This document shows positions 8,323 through 19,034 of a DNA stretch of 24,000 bases, in pieces. Origin of the DNA: Akkermansiaceae bacterium (lineage in GTDB: Bacteria; Verrucomicrobiota; Verrucomicrobiia; Verrucomicrobiales; Akkermansiaceae); NCBI GenBank assembly GCA_013041925.1, contig JABDRB010000001.1, positions 47,750-71,749 of the forward strand, read 5' to 3'. Below the pieces are notes generated by a model. That model saw only the letters and a program-made list of their open reading frames with translations. It was not told the DNA's origin and searched no databases. The translations under genes were made by a program, and so were the position numbers. Positions within the stretch are counted from its first letter, which is position 1. Every line of letters starts with the position of its first letter.

Positions 8323-10227
8323 TCATTTTCGCAGTGCGATAGCGAGGATGGCGATGTCTGCCGGAGTGATGCCCGAGATCCGCGAAGCCTGGCCGATGGT
8401 CGCCGGGCGAATACTCGAGAGATGATCCCGGGCTTCCGTTTTGAGTCCGGATACTTTCGAGTAGTCAAACGCATCGGGGATGCGCTTATCCTCCATACGT
8501 TGTAATCGGTCAATCTGCGTTTGCTGGCGATCAAGGTGACCGGCGTATTTGAACTCGATTTCGATGAGAGGCCACAGACTTGCAGGTGCCTGCGAGAGGA
8601 TTTCTTCGGGCAGACTGCGCCATGCGTTATCGGATCGACGAAACCAACGGTCAAGTTTGACTCGATCGTGGGAAATCGTTGGGACAAGCGCTTGAGCCGC
8701 CTTGAGATCGGCTATCTTTTGGCGTGTTCGGTCGGCGCGCAACCCTGAAACCAGTCCGTTTTCGATGGCTATAGGCGTCAGCCGAAGGTCGGCATTGTCT
8801 TGGCGCAGCAGCAGGCGGTATTCCGCACGTGAAGTAAACATCCGGTAAGGTTCGGTGGTGCCTTTGGTCACGAGGTCATCGATCATGACGCCGATGTAGG
8901 CTTGGTCACGGCGCAGAATAAAATGGGGTTGATGAAGAACCTTGAGCGCAGCATTGGCACCCGCCATGAGCCCCTGAGCAGCGGCTTCCTCATAACCCGA
9001 GGTGCCATTAATCTGACCCGCAAAGTACAGGCCGGAGACACGCTTCGTTTCTAGTGTCGGGGACAGCTGCGTCGGCGGGCAATAGTCGTATTCCACGGCG
9101 TATCCTGGCCGGACGATCTGAGCCTTTTCGAGCCCTTGGATCGACCGGATGAACGCGAGTTGCACGTCATAGGGGAGGGATGTCGAGACACCATTGACAT
9201 AGTATTCATGGGTGTGGCGGCCTTCGGGCTCAAGGAAAACCTGATGGCGTTCTTTGTCGGCAAACTTCACAACCTTATCCTCGATGGACGGGCAATAGCG
9301 AGGCCCAGGCCCCTCGATTTTCCCGCTGTACATCGGTGATTTATCGAGGTTATTGCGGATGATCTCGTGGGTTTCTGGCGAGGTGTACGTAATATGGCAG
9401 GGGATTTGTTCCACGTGGAACGCTGGACGGGGGTCGGTGCCGGGGGGGCTGCACTCCGGAGTTAGCGGGTGACCGTTCAGTGTATGGATGTCGTTGGGAC
9501 CCTTGGTCAGGGTATCAGCCATGAACGAAAAGAAAGGAGGGGGCGTGTCGCCATGCTGAGCTTCGGTCCGACTGAAATCAATCGACGTTCCATTAATGCG
9601 GCATGGGGTGCCTGTTTTGAATCGTTCTACCTCGAAGCCAAGTTGATGCAAGGAGTCTGAAACGGTGGATGTGGCGTCGCCCATGCGGCCACCCACCTCA
9701 TTTTTTAAGCCGACATGCATGAGTCCCCGCATAAATGTGCCCGCAGAAAGCACGACCGAGCGGGCATTGATCTGCATTTGAAGGGTGGTGGTAATCCCGG
9801 TGATGGTGTCATTTTCGACAAGCAGTTCGGCAACATTCGCCTGATGGAGATCGATACCGGGAGTGGATTCCAGCGTGTGTTTGATGCGGAACTGGTAAGC
9901 TTTCTTATCACACTGGGCGCGGGGTGCGCGCACAGAGGGGCCTTTGCCGGCGTTGAGCATGCGGAATTGGATCGCGGTCGCATCGGTATTCAGGCCCATG
10001 GCACCACCGAGGGCATCGATTTCCCTGACCATATGCCCTTTAGCCAGTCCGCCGATAGCGGGGTTGCATGACATGGCGCCGATCGTATCGAGGTTCTGAG
10101 TCAGCACAGCGACGCTACAGCCGAGTCGGGCGGCGGCGAGTGCGGCTTCGACGCCGGCATGGCCTGCGCCGATGACGAGCACATCATAGTGTTTGGGATA
10201 GAGGAACACGGAGGGGTATTTAGCCAA
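8323..10227 (-). CDS. mnmG: tRNA uridine-5-carboxymethylaminomethyl modification enzyme MnmG (GidA)
   Basis: 634 aa. Dinucleotide-binding motif [23 protein letters not shown], plus [52 protein letters not shown] and [16 protein letters not shown]. Confidence 0.97.
   Translation of the reverse strand: MAKYPSVFLYPKHYDVLVIGAGHAGVEAALAAARLGCSVAVLTQNLDTIGAMSCNPAIGGLAKGHMVREIDALGGAMGLNTDATAIQFRMLNAGKGPSVRAPRAQCDKKAYQFRIKHTLESTPGIDLHQANVAELLVENDTITGITTTLQMQINARSVVLSAGTFMRGLMHVGLKNEVGGRMGDATSTVSDSLHQLGFEVERFKTGTPCRINGTSIDFSRTEAQHGDTPPPFFSFMADTLTKGPNDIHTLNGHPLTPECSPPGTDPRPAFHVEQIPCHITYTSPETHEIIRNNLDKSPMYSGKIEGPGPRYCPSIEDKVVKFADKERHQVFLEPEGRHTHEYYVNGVSTSLPYDVQLAFIRSIQGLEKAQIVRPGYAVEYDYCPPTQLSPTLETKRVSGLYFAGQINGTSGYEEAAAQGLMAGANAALKVLHQPHFILRRDQAYIGVMIDDLVTKGTTEPYRMFTSRAEYRLLLRQDNADLRLTPIAIENGLVSGLRADRTRQKIADLKAAQALVPTISHDRVKLDRWFRRSDNAWRSLPEEILSQAPASLWPLIEIEFKYAGHLDRQQTQIDRLQRMEDKRIPDAFDYSKVSGLKTEARDHLSSIRPATIGQASRISGITPADIAILAIALRK
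9407..9422. promoter_or_regulatory. parS-like ParB-binding site embedded in mnmG
   Basis: TGTTCCACGTGGAACG contains the perfect palindrome GTTCCACGTGGAAC, matching the classical bacterial parS consensus family (TGTTTCACGTGAAACA and TGTTCCACGTGGAACA variants). Confidence 0.7.
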
Positions 10228-10312
10228 TGTGCCTTAAGTTACAAACCCCAAATACGACAGCCACAGTAAGATCGTGCTCTGAATCATCACTCTGGCGGGG
10301 GTGAAGTTGAAA

Positions 10313-10328
10313 TGTTCCACGTGGAACG
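10313..10328. promoter_or_regulatory. parS-like ParB-binding site upstream of mnmG
   Basis: TGTTCCACGTGGAACG, the same 16-mer as at 9407..9422, located in the mnmG/usp divergent intergenic region. Confidence 0.75.
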
Positions 10329-10437
10329 ATCGGACATGGGCGGACATGGGATCGACAGGATGTGCGGATGATATGAGAGAATGGGAACAGGCAAATAGGT
10401 TGTCTGCATGCGCCCGATAGGCTAATGTTGGAATGCT

Positions 10438-10890
10438 ATGAAAAGGATAATTGCTGCGATTGATTTTTCCGATGTGAGTGCGTCGGTGGTGAAGGTAGCT
10501 ACCAAACTTGCCAAGGCATTGGATGAAAACCTTCACCTCGTCCATGTGGTAGAATCGGAGCCGACGTATGCGGCCTATGGATTTTCGCCAGGGGAATTCC
10601 CAGCGATGCATGAGGTCCAGCAGGAGTCGGTGACGCGGGGGGAGAAAAAGCTCCAAGCGATAGCCGCTGAAATTGGGCTTGTGGGTGTGGAGACGAAGGT
10701 TTTGCAAGGGCAGCCGCTGTATTCCATTTTAGAATACGCCAAGGAGGTGGATGCTGATATGCTCGTGCTGGGCTCACATGGTCATGGATTTCTAGGAAGT
10801 TTGCTTTTAGGTAGTGTGGCAGAAGGCTGCGTGAGAAAGGCGAAGATTCCTGCATTGATTGTCCCAGTGCCGCGATCTGACAAATCATAA
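10438..10890 (+). CDS. Universal stress protein (UspA family)
   Basis: 150 aa. MKRIIAAIDFSDVSASVVKVATKLA at the N-terminus and DADMLVLGSHGHGFLGSLLLGSVAEGCVRKAKIPALIVP at the C-terminus (nucleotide-binding G-x2-G-x9-G-S/T-type motif). Confidence 0.93.
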   Translation: MKRIIAAIDFSDVSASVVKVATKLAKALDENLHLVHVVESEPTYAAYGFSPGEFPAMHEVQQESVTRGEKKLQAIAAEIGLVGVETKVLQGQPLYSILEYAKEVDADMLVLGSHGHGFLGSLLLGSVAEGCVRKAKIPALIVPVPRSDKS

Positions 10891-11020
10891 GCCCCCCAGC
10901 GCGATGAGGTGAATCGGGAGCATCGGGGTCGGCGTGCCAGCAGCTTGATCCTGCAGGCGGCGTGATTGTGGTCGAATCCTCAGCTACGGGCTTGTGCTGA
11001 GCCGGTGATTAGGGCATGGA

Positions 11021-12325
11021 TTGGCTCACATGTTTGAGGTGCGAGACAAACCGGAAATGGTGGAGCGGGCGTTGCTCGTCCGTATCTATTCGGATCGGCG
11101 TGAGGAAGAGGAGGAAGCGTCCCTCTTGGCGGAGCTGGGCGACTTGGTCACCACCTTGGAGATTGGCGTTGTCGACTCGGCCTTTGTTTACACGCGGTCG
11201 CTGCACCGGAAATTCCTCTGTGGGACGGGGAAAGCGCAGGAAGTGGTTGATCTGGCAAAGGCGCACGAGTGCGATTGTATTGTTTTTGACAACATGTTTT
11301 TGCCGTCGCAGCAGCGTGCCTGGGAAGAATTGGCCGATATGTGTGTGATTGACCGTGAGGAGGTGATTTTGGATATTTTTTCGAAGCGCGCGCACACCAA
11401 GGAAGCCCGACTTCAGGTCGACCTGGCCAAGATGCAGTATTCGTTGCCTCGATTGACACGTATGTGGGGTCACCTCGACCGCGAAGGCGGAGCGAGTGGC
11501 GGTGGCAAAGGTGGCGGTGGGGCATCCCGCGGCATGGGTGAACAGCAAGTGGAAGTCGACCGTCGATTGGCGAGGACACGCATTGACCAATGTAAACGCG
11601 AACTAGCCGAAGTCAGAAAACAGCGGAGTACACGCCGAAAAGAGCGGGAGAAGCAGGGGATACCCTGTGCGGCGATCGCAGGATACACCAATGCGGGGAA
11701 ATCCACCTTATTGAACCAGCTGGCACAGTCTGAGGTCATGGCGAAGGACATGCTATTTGCCACCTTGGACACAACGACGAGGTCGATTGAGCTTCCAAAT
11801 GGGCAGCCACTTCTGCTGACGGATACGGTGGGTTTTGTCAGAAATTTGCCACACAGGCTGGTGGAGGCGTTTAAAGCAACCTTAGAGGAGTCGGTTCTGG
11901 CCGACTTTATCATCCATGTGGTGGATGCCTCATCACCGGAAGTCCATACCCTCTATAAGACAACGATGGAGGTTCTCGCCGAGCTTGGTGCAGGTGACAA
12001 ACCCGTGATCACGGTGCTGAACAAGATGGATGTCCTGGATGATCCAGTAAAACTCGCCGGGCTCGAAGTCGCCTTTCCCAATACGATCGCGGTGAGCGCC
12101 AAATCGGGCTTGGGAATGGAAGAACTGCGGGTCAAATGTGCCGAAATGCTGGCGGATCGCGTGCAAACGGAAACGTATCGCGTCCCACAGAGTCGTGGTG
12201 ATCTCACGGGATTATTACACCGCGAGGCCAAGGTGCTGGAAACGGAATACGATGGCAATGATGTGATCATCCAAGCAGTCGTCTCTCCCAGTGTTGCAGG
12301 CAAGCTCAAGCCGTATGCCCTTTAA
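11021..12325 (+). CDS. hflX: GTPase HflX
   Basis: 434 aa. VDLAKMQYSLPRLTRMWGHL, G1 GYTNAGKSTLLNQL, G3 DTVGFVRNLPHRLVEAFKATLEE, G4 NKMD. The listed start is TTG at 11021; an in-frame ATG lies at 11030. Confidence 0.95.
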   Translation: MAHMFEVRDKPEMVERALLVRIYSDRREEEEEASLLAELGDLVTTLEIGVVDSAFVYTRSLHRKFLCGTGKAQEVVDLAKAHECDCIVFDNMFLPSQQRAWEELADMCVIDREEVILDIFSKRAHTKEARLQVDLAKMQYSLPRLTRMWGHLDREGGASGGGKGGGGASRGMGEQQVEVDRRLARTRIDQCKRELAEVRKQRSTRRKEREKQGIPCAAIAGYTNAGKSTLLNQLAQSEVMAKDMLFATLDTTTRSIELPNGQPLLLTDTVGFVRNLPHRLVEAFKATLEESVLADFIIHVVDASSPEVHTLYKTTMEVLAELGAGDKPVITVLNKMDVLDDPVKLAGLEVAFPNTIAVSAKSGLGMEELRVKCAEMLADRVQTETYRVPQSRGDLTGLLHREAKVLETEYDGNDVIIQAVVSPSVAGKLKPYAL

Positions 12326-12435
12326 GCCATCATCCTGCCCCCACGTCAGATAAGCTGGGAGCAAGTACGATAAAATCGACCCCGATGCTATCTCCTCAGA
12401 CAAAATATGTGTCACGCATCGCCTCTCCATTACCC

Positions 12436-13608
12436 ATGCGGATCCTAATACTGATTCTGTTAGCCTGTACTGTAGCCGCAGCGCAAGAGGCACGTGTGCG
12501 GACGGGTCCACCCGACACGGGCACGGAGCCGCAGCGCACACAGGCGGAAATACCGCCTGCCAACCAAATAACACCGACAACGAAAGAAGAAACACCGCAG
12601 GAGCTGACGATTCCTAACGACCGCGACAGTGTGGTCCGTTTGCAAATTTTTCTTGATCAGAAGCGATTTGGTCCCGGCTTCATCGATGGTAAATCGGGTA
12701 GGTTTACCCGTTTGGCGATTGAGAATTACAACCTGAGTTTGGGCCGAAAAAAAGACGACCTCAGGGTGCTGGCGGAGTCGGACCAAGGGGTGCCGCAGAC
12801 ATACGCGACCGCTATTATACCTCGTTGGGTCGATCGATATGTCGACCCCAGCTTGCCGAGGAGCCGGCTCCTTCAGTCGCAAAGAAAATCGATGCCCTAC
12901 CGGAGCGTGGCTGAACTGATGGCGGAGAGGTATCACACGTCGGAGGATTTACTCATGGCATTGAATGGCCCAGAGGCCGTCCGCGCGGCGAAGTCGCGAA
13001 CGGCGATGATTGTGCCAAACATTGAACCCTTTAGGATAGAAGATTTAAAACGAGGACGCACGCACAAAAAGCAAGATGCCCTGAGTGCGCGTCACATGGT
13101 CGTGGATACCACCACGAAGCAGATCTACATTTACCATTTGGTATTCCCGAAACGGAAAAAAAACGCGGTGATGGATGAAATCCGCCCTTCGGCGGTCGAT
13201 GGGGTTCCGGAGCTCGATAGCAAGCCCGCAAGCGAGAGAAAAAAGCCGGATCAGGTTCAATCCAAGTTGATTGCCAGTTTTCCCATCACCCCTGGTAAAA
13301 CCCGTTTTATCCCGAAAGGGTTCTGGAATTTAAAAAACAGTGTGGAGCTCCCCGAGTGGAGGTATGATCAAAAGCTCCTCGAGACAGGTGTCCGCGGAAA
13401 GGAATCCCTGAGCATTCCGCCTGGCCCGAATAATCCTGTCGGGATCATATGGAATGGGCTGACCAAATCTGGCATTGGGATTCATGGAACGAACAACCCG
13501 AGGACGATTGGTCGGGCGCGAAGTGCAGGCTGTATCCGATTGGCCAACTGGGATGCTGCGCGGATCCCTACCTTGGTCAGACCCGGTGCCGTGGTGGTGG
13601 TGAAGTGA
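12436..13608 (+). CDS. Exported L,D-transpeptidase (YkuD domain)
   Basis: The catalytic motif HGTNNPRTIGRARSAGCIRLANWD is near the C-terminus. A likely signal peptide, MRILILILLACTVAAAQ, begins at the ATG at 12436. The track ORF starts at 12385. Confidence 0.9.
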   Translation: MRILILILLACTVAAAQEARVRTGPPDTGTEPQRTQAEIPPANQITPTTKEETPQELTIPNDRDSVVRLQIFLDQKRFGPGFIDGKSGRFTRLAIENYNLSLGRKKDDLRVLAESDQGVPQTYATAIIPRWVDRYVDPSLPRSRLLQSQRKSMPYRSVAELMAERYHTSEDLLMALNGPEAVRAAKSRTAMIVPNIEPFRIEDLKRGRTHKKQDALSARHMVVDTTTKQIYIYHLVFPKRKKNAVMDEIRPSAVDGVPELDSKPASERKKPDQVQSKLIASFPITPGKTRFIPKGFWNLKNSVELPEWRYDQKLLETGVRGKESLSIPPGPNNPVGIIWNGLTKSGIGIHGTNNPRTIGRARSAGCIRLANWDAARIPTLVRPGAVVVVK

Positions 13609-13759
13609 TCCAGCACCTGCCGCCCCCCGATCCTGGATCCACTTCGAGAGGGAAAGGCTCGCCTCCCCCAGGACACGATCAGTAAAAAATTGAGCTGACG
13701 CGTGGCAATGCTTTACAAGTGGTGCAAAGTCGGGCTAAATCCTTCAAATTTAGCACACG

Positions 13760-16700
13760 ATGCCCAAAGACGTAAGTATCAAAAAAATTCTGGTGATTGG
13801 CTCCGGCCCGATCGTGATAGGACAAGGATGTGAGTTTGACTACTCTGGCGTTCAGGCCTGTAAGGCATTACGCGAAGAGGGGTATGAGGTGATCCTCGTG
13901 AACTCCAATCCGGCAACCATTATGACGGACCCTGAGTTCGCTCCGCGAACCTACATTGAACCGATCACCCCCGAAGTGGTCGAAAAAATCATAGAGCGTG
14001 AGAAGCCCGATGCCTTGCTACCGACACTGGGTGGCCAAACGGCACTCAACACATCGATGGATCTTTTTAAATCTGGTGTGCTGGATCGACACAACGTGCG
14101 CATGATCGGCGCCAATGCCGATGCCATTGACAAGGGAGAAGATCGACTCCGATTCAAAGAGGCCATGCTCAAGATTGGCTTGGACTTACCGCAGAGTGGC
14201 GTCGCTCACAATATGGAAGATGCCAAGGTGATCAGCTTGGAAATTGGCAATTTCCCCCAAATCATCCGCCCTGCCTTTACGCTAGGTGGGTCTGGCGGTG
14301 GTATCGCCTATAACAAAGAAGAATTTGAAACAATTGTCGCACGCGGCATTGACCTCTCACCTGTTGATGAGGTGCTCATCGAAGAGAGCCTCTTAGGTTG
14401 GAAGGAATACGAGATGGAAGTAATGCGTGACTGCGCGGACAACTGCGTGGTGATTTGTTCCATTGAAAACCTCGACCCGATGGGCGTGCATACCGGTGAC
14501 TCCATTACGGTGGCGCCAGCCCAGACACTGACAGATCGCGAATACCAAATCATGCGGGATGCCTCGTTTGCCTGTATCCGTGAGATTGGTGTCGAGACCG
14601 GAGGATCTAACATTCAGTTTTCCGTCAACCCAGCCGATGGCCGCTGTATCATCATTGAGATGAACCCACGTGTGTCACGCTCATCTGCCTTGGCATCCAA
14701 AGCCACCGGATTCCCGATTGCCAAGATTGCGGCGAAGCTTGCCGTGGGATACACGCTGGATGAATTACCCAACGACATCACGCGCGAGACACCTGCATCC
14801 TTTGAACCGACGATCGATTACGTTGTCACCAAGTTACCACGCTTTACCTTTGAGAAATTCCCCACAGCGGATTCCGTGTTAACCACGCAGATGAAATCCG
14901 TCGGTGAGGCGATGTCGATCGGGCGGACGTTTAAGGAATCGATGCAAAAAGCGCTACGATCCCTAGAGACTGGAAGGTTTGGCTTTGGCTTTGATGGCAA
15001 AGGGCCAAATAACCCGAGCTATGAAGACATCGAACGTAAATTACACGTCCCGAATGCCGAGCGTATCTTCTGGTTAAAAACTGCCTTTGAAACTGGTTGG
15101 TCCGTCGAAGATATTTTTGAAGCATCCTCCATTGATCGCTGGTTCCTCGAACAGCTTAAACAGATTGTTGATGAGGGAAATAACCTTGCCGACATGGATT
15201 TGCGGAAAGCAAAACGTCTCGGGTTCTCCGATCAGCAAATTGCGGTTAGCCGAGGGATTAGCCAGGAAGAGGTCCGCGCAGCGCGTAAGGCAGAAGGGGT
15301 TATCCCGACCTACCGATTAGTCGATACTTGTGCGGCTGAGTTTGAAGCCCATACACCCTATTATTATTCCACCTACGGGGATGAAAATGAGGCCCGTGAA
15401 ACCGACCAGAAAAAGATTATCATCCTCGGTGGTGGTCCTAACAGGATTGGACAAGGGATTGAGTTTGACTACTGCTGCGTGCACGCCGCCTTTGCACTCA
15501 AAGAGCTCGGCTATGAAACGGTGATGGTGAACTCCAACCCAGAAACGGTTTCCACCGACTACGATACCAGTGATAAACTTTACTTCGAGCCACTGACGCT
15601 GGAGGATGTGCTCAACATCTGCGACCAAGAAAAACCCGATGGTGTCATCGTCCAATTTGGTGGCCAAACGCCTCTCAACCTCGCGGCCGACCTCAAGCGT
15701 CATGGTGTGCCAGTCATTGGCACCTCGCCTGAATCGATTGAACTCGCTGAGGACCGGAAAATTTTCTCTGCGTTGCTGGATCGGATCGGCCTGAAACAAG
15801 CTGAAGCCGGCACCGCTGTGAGTGCCGCGGAAGCGGTCGTGGTTGCCGAAAGGATTGGCTACCCAGTTCTCGTTCGGCCTTCCTTTGTTCTTGGGGGTCG
15901 TGCCATGATGATCGTTTACAACAACGAGGAGCTCACCCACTACATGGATGAAGCGGTCGACGTATCACCCGACAGACCGGTATTGGTTGATCGCTTCCTT
16001 GAGGCGGCCATCGAGGTGGATGTCGATTGTATATCGGATGGTGAAACATCCGTCGTGGGTGCCATCATGCAGCACATTGAACAGGCTGGAATTCACTCGG
16101 GTGACTCGGCCTGTGTCATCCCCGCATTCTCTCTATCAGATTCTATCAAAAAACAAATTTTGGTGGCGGCCAAAGATTTGGCACGTGAGCTCAATGTGCG
16201 AGGCCTGATGAACATCCAGTTCGCCGTCAAGGATGAGGAGCTCTATGTCATCGAGGTCAACCCACGGGCATCGCGCACGGTCCCCTTTGTCTCCAAATCC
16301 ATCGGAATCCCATTAGCGAAACTCGCAGCCAAAATCATGGTTGGCAAGTCGCTCAAGGAGCTCGGTTTCACGGAAGAAGTTTTGCCAGATCATCACTGTG
16401 TGAAGGAAGCGGTTTTCCCGTGGCCACGTTTTCCTGGTATTGATATTGTGCTTGGGCCAGAGATGAAATCGACAGGTGAAGTGATGGGGATTGATCAGGA
16501 TATGGGGATGGCCTATGCCAAGGCCCAGATCAGTGCCTTTAACCCACTGCCAACCGGTGGTAATGTCTTTTTCTCCGTGAATGATCGCGACAAGGATCGG
16601 GCTGTATCGATTGCCCGCGACCTCGTTAAGTTAGGGTTTGTCATTTTTGCCACGGGTGGAACCTACCGCAGATTTAAAGATGAAGAATTGCCGGTCAAAC

Positions 16701-16957
16701 GACTCTACAAGCTAGCCGAGCAGAAACGCCCGAACGTCATGGACATGATGAAAAATGGTGAGATTAACTTTATCATCAATACCCCGAGTGGACACGAAGC
16801 CCGGGCCGATGAAGTGACAATCCGCTCAGGTGCTGTGGCTAACAAGATTTCGCACTGCACCAACCTCTCAGCTGCCGAGGCGTCAATCCTCGGGATTCAA
16901 TCGCTTCAGGAGAACGAGTTGAAAGTCACAACGCTGCAAGAGTATCACAAGTTGTAA
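13760..16957 (+). CDS. carB: Carbamoyl-phosphate synthase large subunit
   Basis: 1065 aa with the duplicated ATP-grasp architecture: [30 protein letters not shown] and [48 protein letters not shown] and [18 protein letters not shown], and a C-terminal MGS-like domain. Confidence 0.98.
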   Translation: MPKDVSIKKILVIGSGPIVIGQGCEFDYSGVQACKALREEGYEVILVNSNPATIMTDPEFAPRTYIEPITPEVVEKIIEREKPDALLPTLGGQTALNTSMDLFKSGVLDRHNVRMIGANADAIDKGEDRLRFKEAMLKIGLDLPQSGVAHNMEDAKVISLEIGNFPQIIRPAFTLGGSGGGIAYNKEEFETIVARGIDLSPVDEVLIEESLLGWKEYEMEVMRDCADNCVVICSIENLDPMGVHTGDSITVAPAQTLTDREYQIMRDASFACIREIGVETGGSNIQFSVNPADGRCIIIEMNPRVSRSSALASKATGFPIAKIAAKLAVGYTLDELPNDITRETPASFEPTIDYVVTKLPRFTFEKFPTADSVLTTQMKSVGEAMSIGRTFKESMQKALRSLETGRFGFGFDGKGPNNPSYEDIERKLHVPNAERIFWLKTAFETGWSVEDIFEASSIDRWFLEQLKQIVDEGNNLADMDLRKAKRLGFSDQQIAVSRGISQEEVRAARKAEGVIPTYRLVDTCAAEFEAHTPYYYSTYGDENEARETDQKKIIILGGGPNRIGQGIEFDYCCVHAAFALKELGYETVMVNSNPETVSTDYDTSDKLYFEPLTLEDVLNICDQEKPDGVIVQFGGQTPLNLAADLKRHGVPVIGTSPESIELAEDRKIFSALLDRIGLKQAEAGTAVSAAEAVVVAERIGYPVLVRPSFVLGGRAMMIVYNNEELTHYMDEAVDVSPDRPVLVDRFLEAAIEVDVDCISDGETSVVGAIMQHIEQAGIHSGDSACVIPAFSLSDSIKKQILVAAKDLARELNVRGLMNIQFAVKDEELYVIEVNPRASRTVPFVSKSIGIPLAKLAAKIMVGKSLKELGFTEEVLPDHHCVKEAVFPWPRFPGIDIVLGPEMKSTGEVMGIDQDMGMAYAKAQISAFNPLPTGGNVFFSVNDRDKDRAVSIARDLVKLGFVIFATGGTYRRFKDEELPVKRLYKLAEQKRPNVMDMMKNGEINFIINTPSGHEARADEVTIRSGAVANKISHCTNLSAAEASILGIQSLQENELKVTTLQEYHKL

Positions 16958-16972
16958 AACCATGCATCTCGG

Positions 16973-16994
16973 CTGACGCTGCAGGGCGCGTCAG
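16973..16994 (+). terminator. Hairpin immediately downstream of carB (no U-tract; possible weak terminator or mRNA 3' stabiliser)
   Basis: Perfect 7-bp inverted repeat CTGACGC-TGCAGGGC-GCGTCAG, starting 16 nt after the carB stop codon. Confidence 0.3.
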
Positions 16995-17075
16995 ATACAC
17001 GATAAAAAAATCGGGCCACGCGCATGGGATGCCGGACATCCCAGCGTATGACCCATTCGCTGGATCGGGTTGATA

Positions 17076-17107
17076 ACCGTGGCACCGTGGCACCGTGGCA
17101 CCGTGGC
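17076..17107. repeat. Tandem 8-nt repeat (ACCGTGGC) x4
   Basis: ACCGTGGCACCGTGGCACCGTGGCACCGTGGC, followed by a degraded unit GCCGTAG, in the carB/pspA convergent intergenic region. Confidence 0.95.
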
Positions 17108-17117
17108 GCCGTAGTGG

Positions 17118-17888
17118 TTACTCAGAAACGCCCGGCCCCATGGTCGTTTGACTGCTTGATGTCGTTGTTGTGCTCGGTTTTTCTTCGGTGACGGGATCCG
17201 CATTGGGTTCGAGGTCGATGCCTTCTGCAGCCGCGAAATCGGCAAGTGCCATCTCAGCGAGTGCTTCGGATTCAGCAGCTTGCATATGAATCTCATCCAT
17301 ATCCATGGAATCCCTTGCGACACGAGCACGGCCAGCCGCTTTATTCCGTTCATCGGTGACCATTTCCTCGAGGCGATTCAGGGTATCACCTGAGCCTCCG
17401 ATGTCAGTGACCATGCCGGATGCCATTTCGTTGAGCTCCGCCATCGTTTTTTGCACCTTCATATCATCGATATTGCGGGCGAGCTCCTCGATTTTCTTTT
17501 TAGCCGATTTCACGCTGATATCGCGTGCCTTAACAAGTTCTTTGTATCGCACTTCTGACGCTTCGAGTTGCTTCGCCATTTCGTCGTGTTCTGAATCGAC
17601 GGATTGCAGTTTCATAGCCAATTCACCGGCAAGTTTCCGGTTGCCTGCCTTGAGGTGGGCGGATGTCTTAGCACGCAGCTCTGTTTCCTGTTGGTTGAGC
17701 TTTTTCGTTTGGGAAATCAACTTTTCGACGAGGGCAGCGTGTGTCGCGAGGCCTTTATTGAATTCTGAGATTTGTTTCCGAAGGTTTTCTTTTTCGACAT
17801 CCAGAAGTGCTTCAGGATTACGTTTTTCGATGCCGCCGATGAAGAGGCCAAGAAAGCCTTTGATGAGGTTGCCGATGCGTTTGAACAT
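17118..17888 (-). CDS. PspA/IM30 family protein
   Basis: 256 aa. MFKRIGNLIKGFLGLFIGGIEKRNPEALLDVEKENLRKQISEFNKGLATHAALVEKLISQTKKLNQQETELRAK..., a long coiled coil typical of the PspA/IM30/Vipp1 family. Confidence 0.85.
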   Translation of the reverse strand: MFKRIGNLIKGFLGLFIGGIEKRNPEALLDVEKENLRKQISEFNKGLATHAALVEKLISQTKKLNQQETELRAKTSAHLKAGNRKLAGELAMKLQSVDSEHDEMAKQLEASEVRYKELVKARDISVKSAKKKIEELARNIDDMKVQKTMAELNEMASGMVTDIGGSGDTLNRLEEMVTDERNKAAGRARVARDSMDMDEIHMQAAESEALAEMALADFAAAEGIDLEPNADPVTEEKPSTTTTSSSQTTMGPGVSE

Positions 17889-17960
17889 AGTAGGTGGTGT
17901 GGGTTGATATGTATCTTGTCGAAAAGTTAGCGTGACCGCAAGTATAAGAGGGCGGAGAAA

Positions 17961-19001
17961 TTATAATGCTGAGTGGACAACCGTCGCGCGCAGGAGAATA
18001 TCGTTGCCAATACGCGTGTAACATTGATCGGTGAGCTGAATATCCGTCGGCACACCCGCAAACCCAGCATCCGGCCCACCGGTAAGCATGGGGGCATAAA
18101 AGAGAGCGACCTCATCGACCAGTCCTGCGTCAAGAAAGGCAGACATCAGGGTCCCGCCGGCCTCGACAAGAACCGTATTACAATCGGCATCCGCTAGCGT
18201 TTGAAGCGCTGCCGTGAGATCGCCCTGTTCCTGAACCAAGGTGCGATCAGCGTAGGCATCGGTAAATACCTGCGCCTTTGGGGGCAACTGGCTGGCAGAG
18301 CCACGGGTAATGACCATCCTCCATGGTTGCTGTTTCTGACCACTAATGGCGAGCTGTTTCGACCGCAAGGTGAGTGCGGGGTCGTCGATACATAACGTGT
18401 TTCCACCGGTAATAATGGCATCAGATTCAAACCGAAGTCGTTGCACGTATTCGCGAGATTTGGGTGAGGTCAGCCATTGTCCTTCACCGGGCGGGCGGGT
18501 AATACGGCCATCCAGGCTCATCGCCGACTTGAGAATCACCCAGGGAAACCCGGTCGATTGTTTTTTTGCAAAGGCACGGATAAGTGATTGGCACTCAGTG
18601 GTACACACACCCGATGTCACCTCGACGCCGTGCGATTGCAAGCACGATTCAGCGCGTCCTGCATGCATGGGGTTGGGGTCATGGATGCCATAAACGACAC
18701 GCGAGATGCCAGCATCGATGATTCCTTGGGTGCATGGTGGCGTGCGACCGTGGCTCGAGCAAGGTTCGAGCGTAACATAAATCGTCGACCCCCGTAGGAC
18801 ACCGGCAGGATGTCGGCTCAATGCGTCTGCGATGGCTTCACGTTCAGCGTGAGGTTGACCTGCTTGACGATGCCAACCTTTGCCCAGCAAGATGTCATCC
18901 TTCACGATCACGGCACCCACCGCAGGGTTGGGTGATGTCAATCCGATACCCTGGCGCGCCTCTGCGATCGCAACCTGCATCCAGTTCTCGTCCGACTTCA
19001 T
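17961..19001 (-). CDS. ribD: Bifunctional diaminohydroxyphosphoribosylaminopyrimidine deaminase / 5-amino-6-(5-phosphoribosylamino)uracil reductase
   Basis: 346 aa. Deaminase motifs SPNPAVGAVIV, HAEREAI and VTLEPCSSHGRTPPCTQGII; reductase domain PWVILKSAMSLDGRI and NTVLVEAGGTLMSAFLDAGLVDE. Confidence 0.96.
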   Translation of the reverse strand: MKSDENWMQVAIAEARQGIGLTSPNPAVGAVIVKDDILLGKGWHRQAGQPHAEREAIADALSRHPAGVLRGSTIYVTLEPCSSHGRTPPCTQGIIDAGISRVVYGIHDPNPMHAGRAESCLQSHGVEVTSGVCTTECQSLIRAFAKKQSTGFPWVILKSAMSLDGRITRPPGEGQWLTSPKSREYVQRLRFESDAIITGGNTLCIDDPALTLRSKQLAISGQKQQPWRMVITRGSASQLPPKAQVFTDAYADRTLVQEQGDLTAALQTLADADCNTVLVEAGGTLMSAFLDAGLVDEVALFYAPMLTGGPDAGFAGVPTDIQLTDQCYTRIGNDILLRATVVHSAL

Positions 19002-19034
19002 AAGGTGGTTTTAGTTGGCGTCGCTGAAAAATCA

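Noticed and set aside
10234-10707. 157-aa minus-strand ORF next to mnmG
   Set aside because: Overlaps the well-supported usp gene in antisense and covers the parS-like site; no protein-family signal.
11009-11590. 193-aa minus-strand ORF
   Set aside because: Antisense shadow of hflX, with Cys/His/Pro-rich random-looking composition.
13690-13760. TTTACA-N17-CTAAAT as a carB promoter
   Set aside because: Weak match to sigma-70 consensus and the alternative pairings are equally good; not strong enough to list as a feature.
15317-15940. 207-aa minus-strand ORF
   Set aside because: Lies wholly antisense to the unambiguous carB coding sequence, with no recognisable domain; typical shadow ORF.
17071-17120. 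The ACCGTGGC array as a CRISPR
   Set aside because: Units are 8 nt with no spacers, so it is a simple tandem repeat.
17305-17907. 200-aa plus-strand ORF
   Set aside because: Ser/Arg-rich antisense reading of pspA; no independent support.
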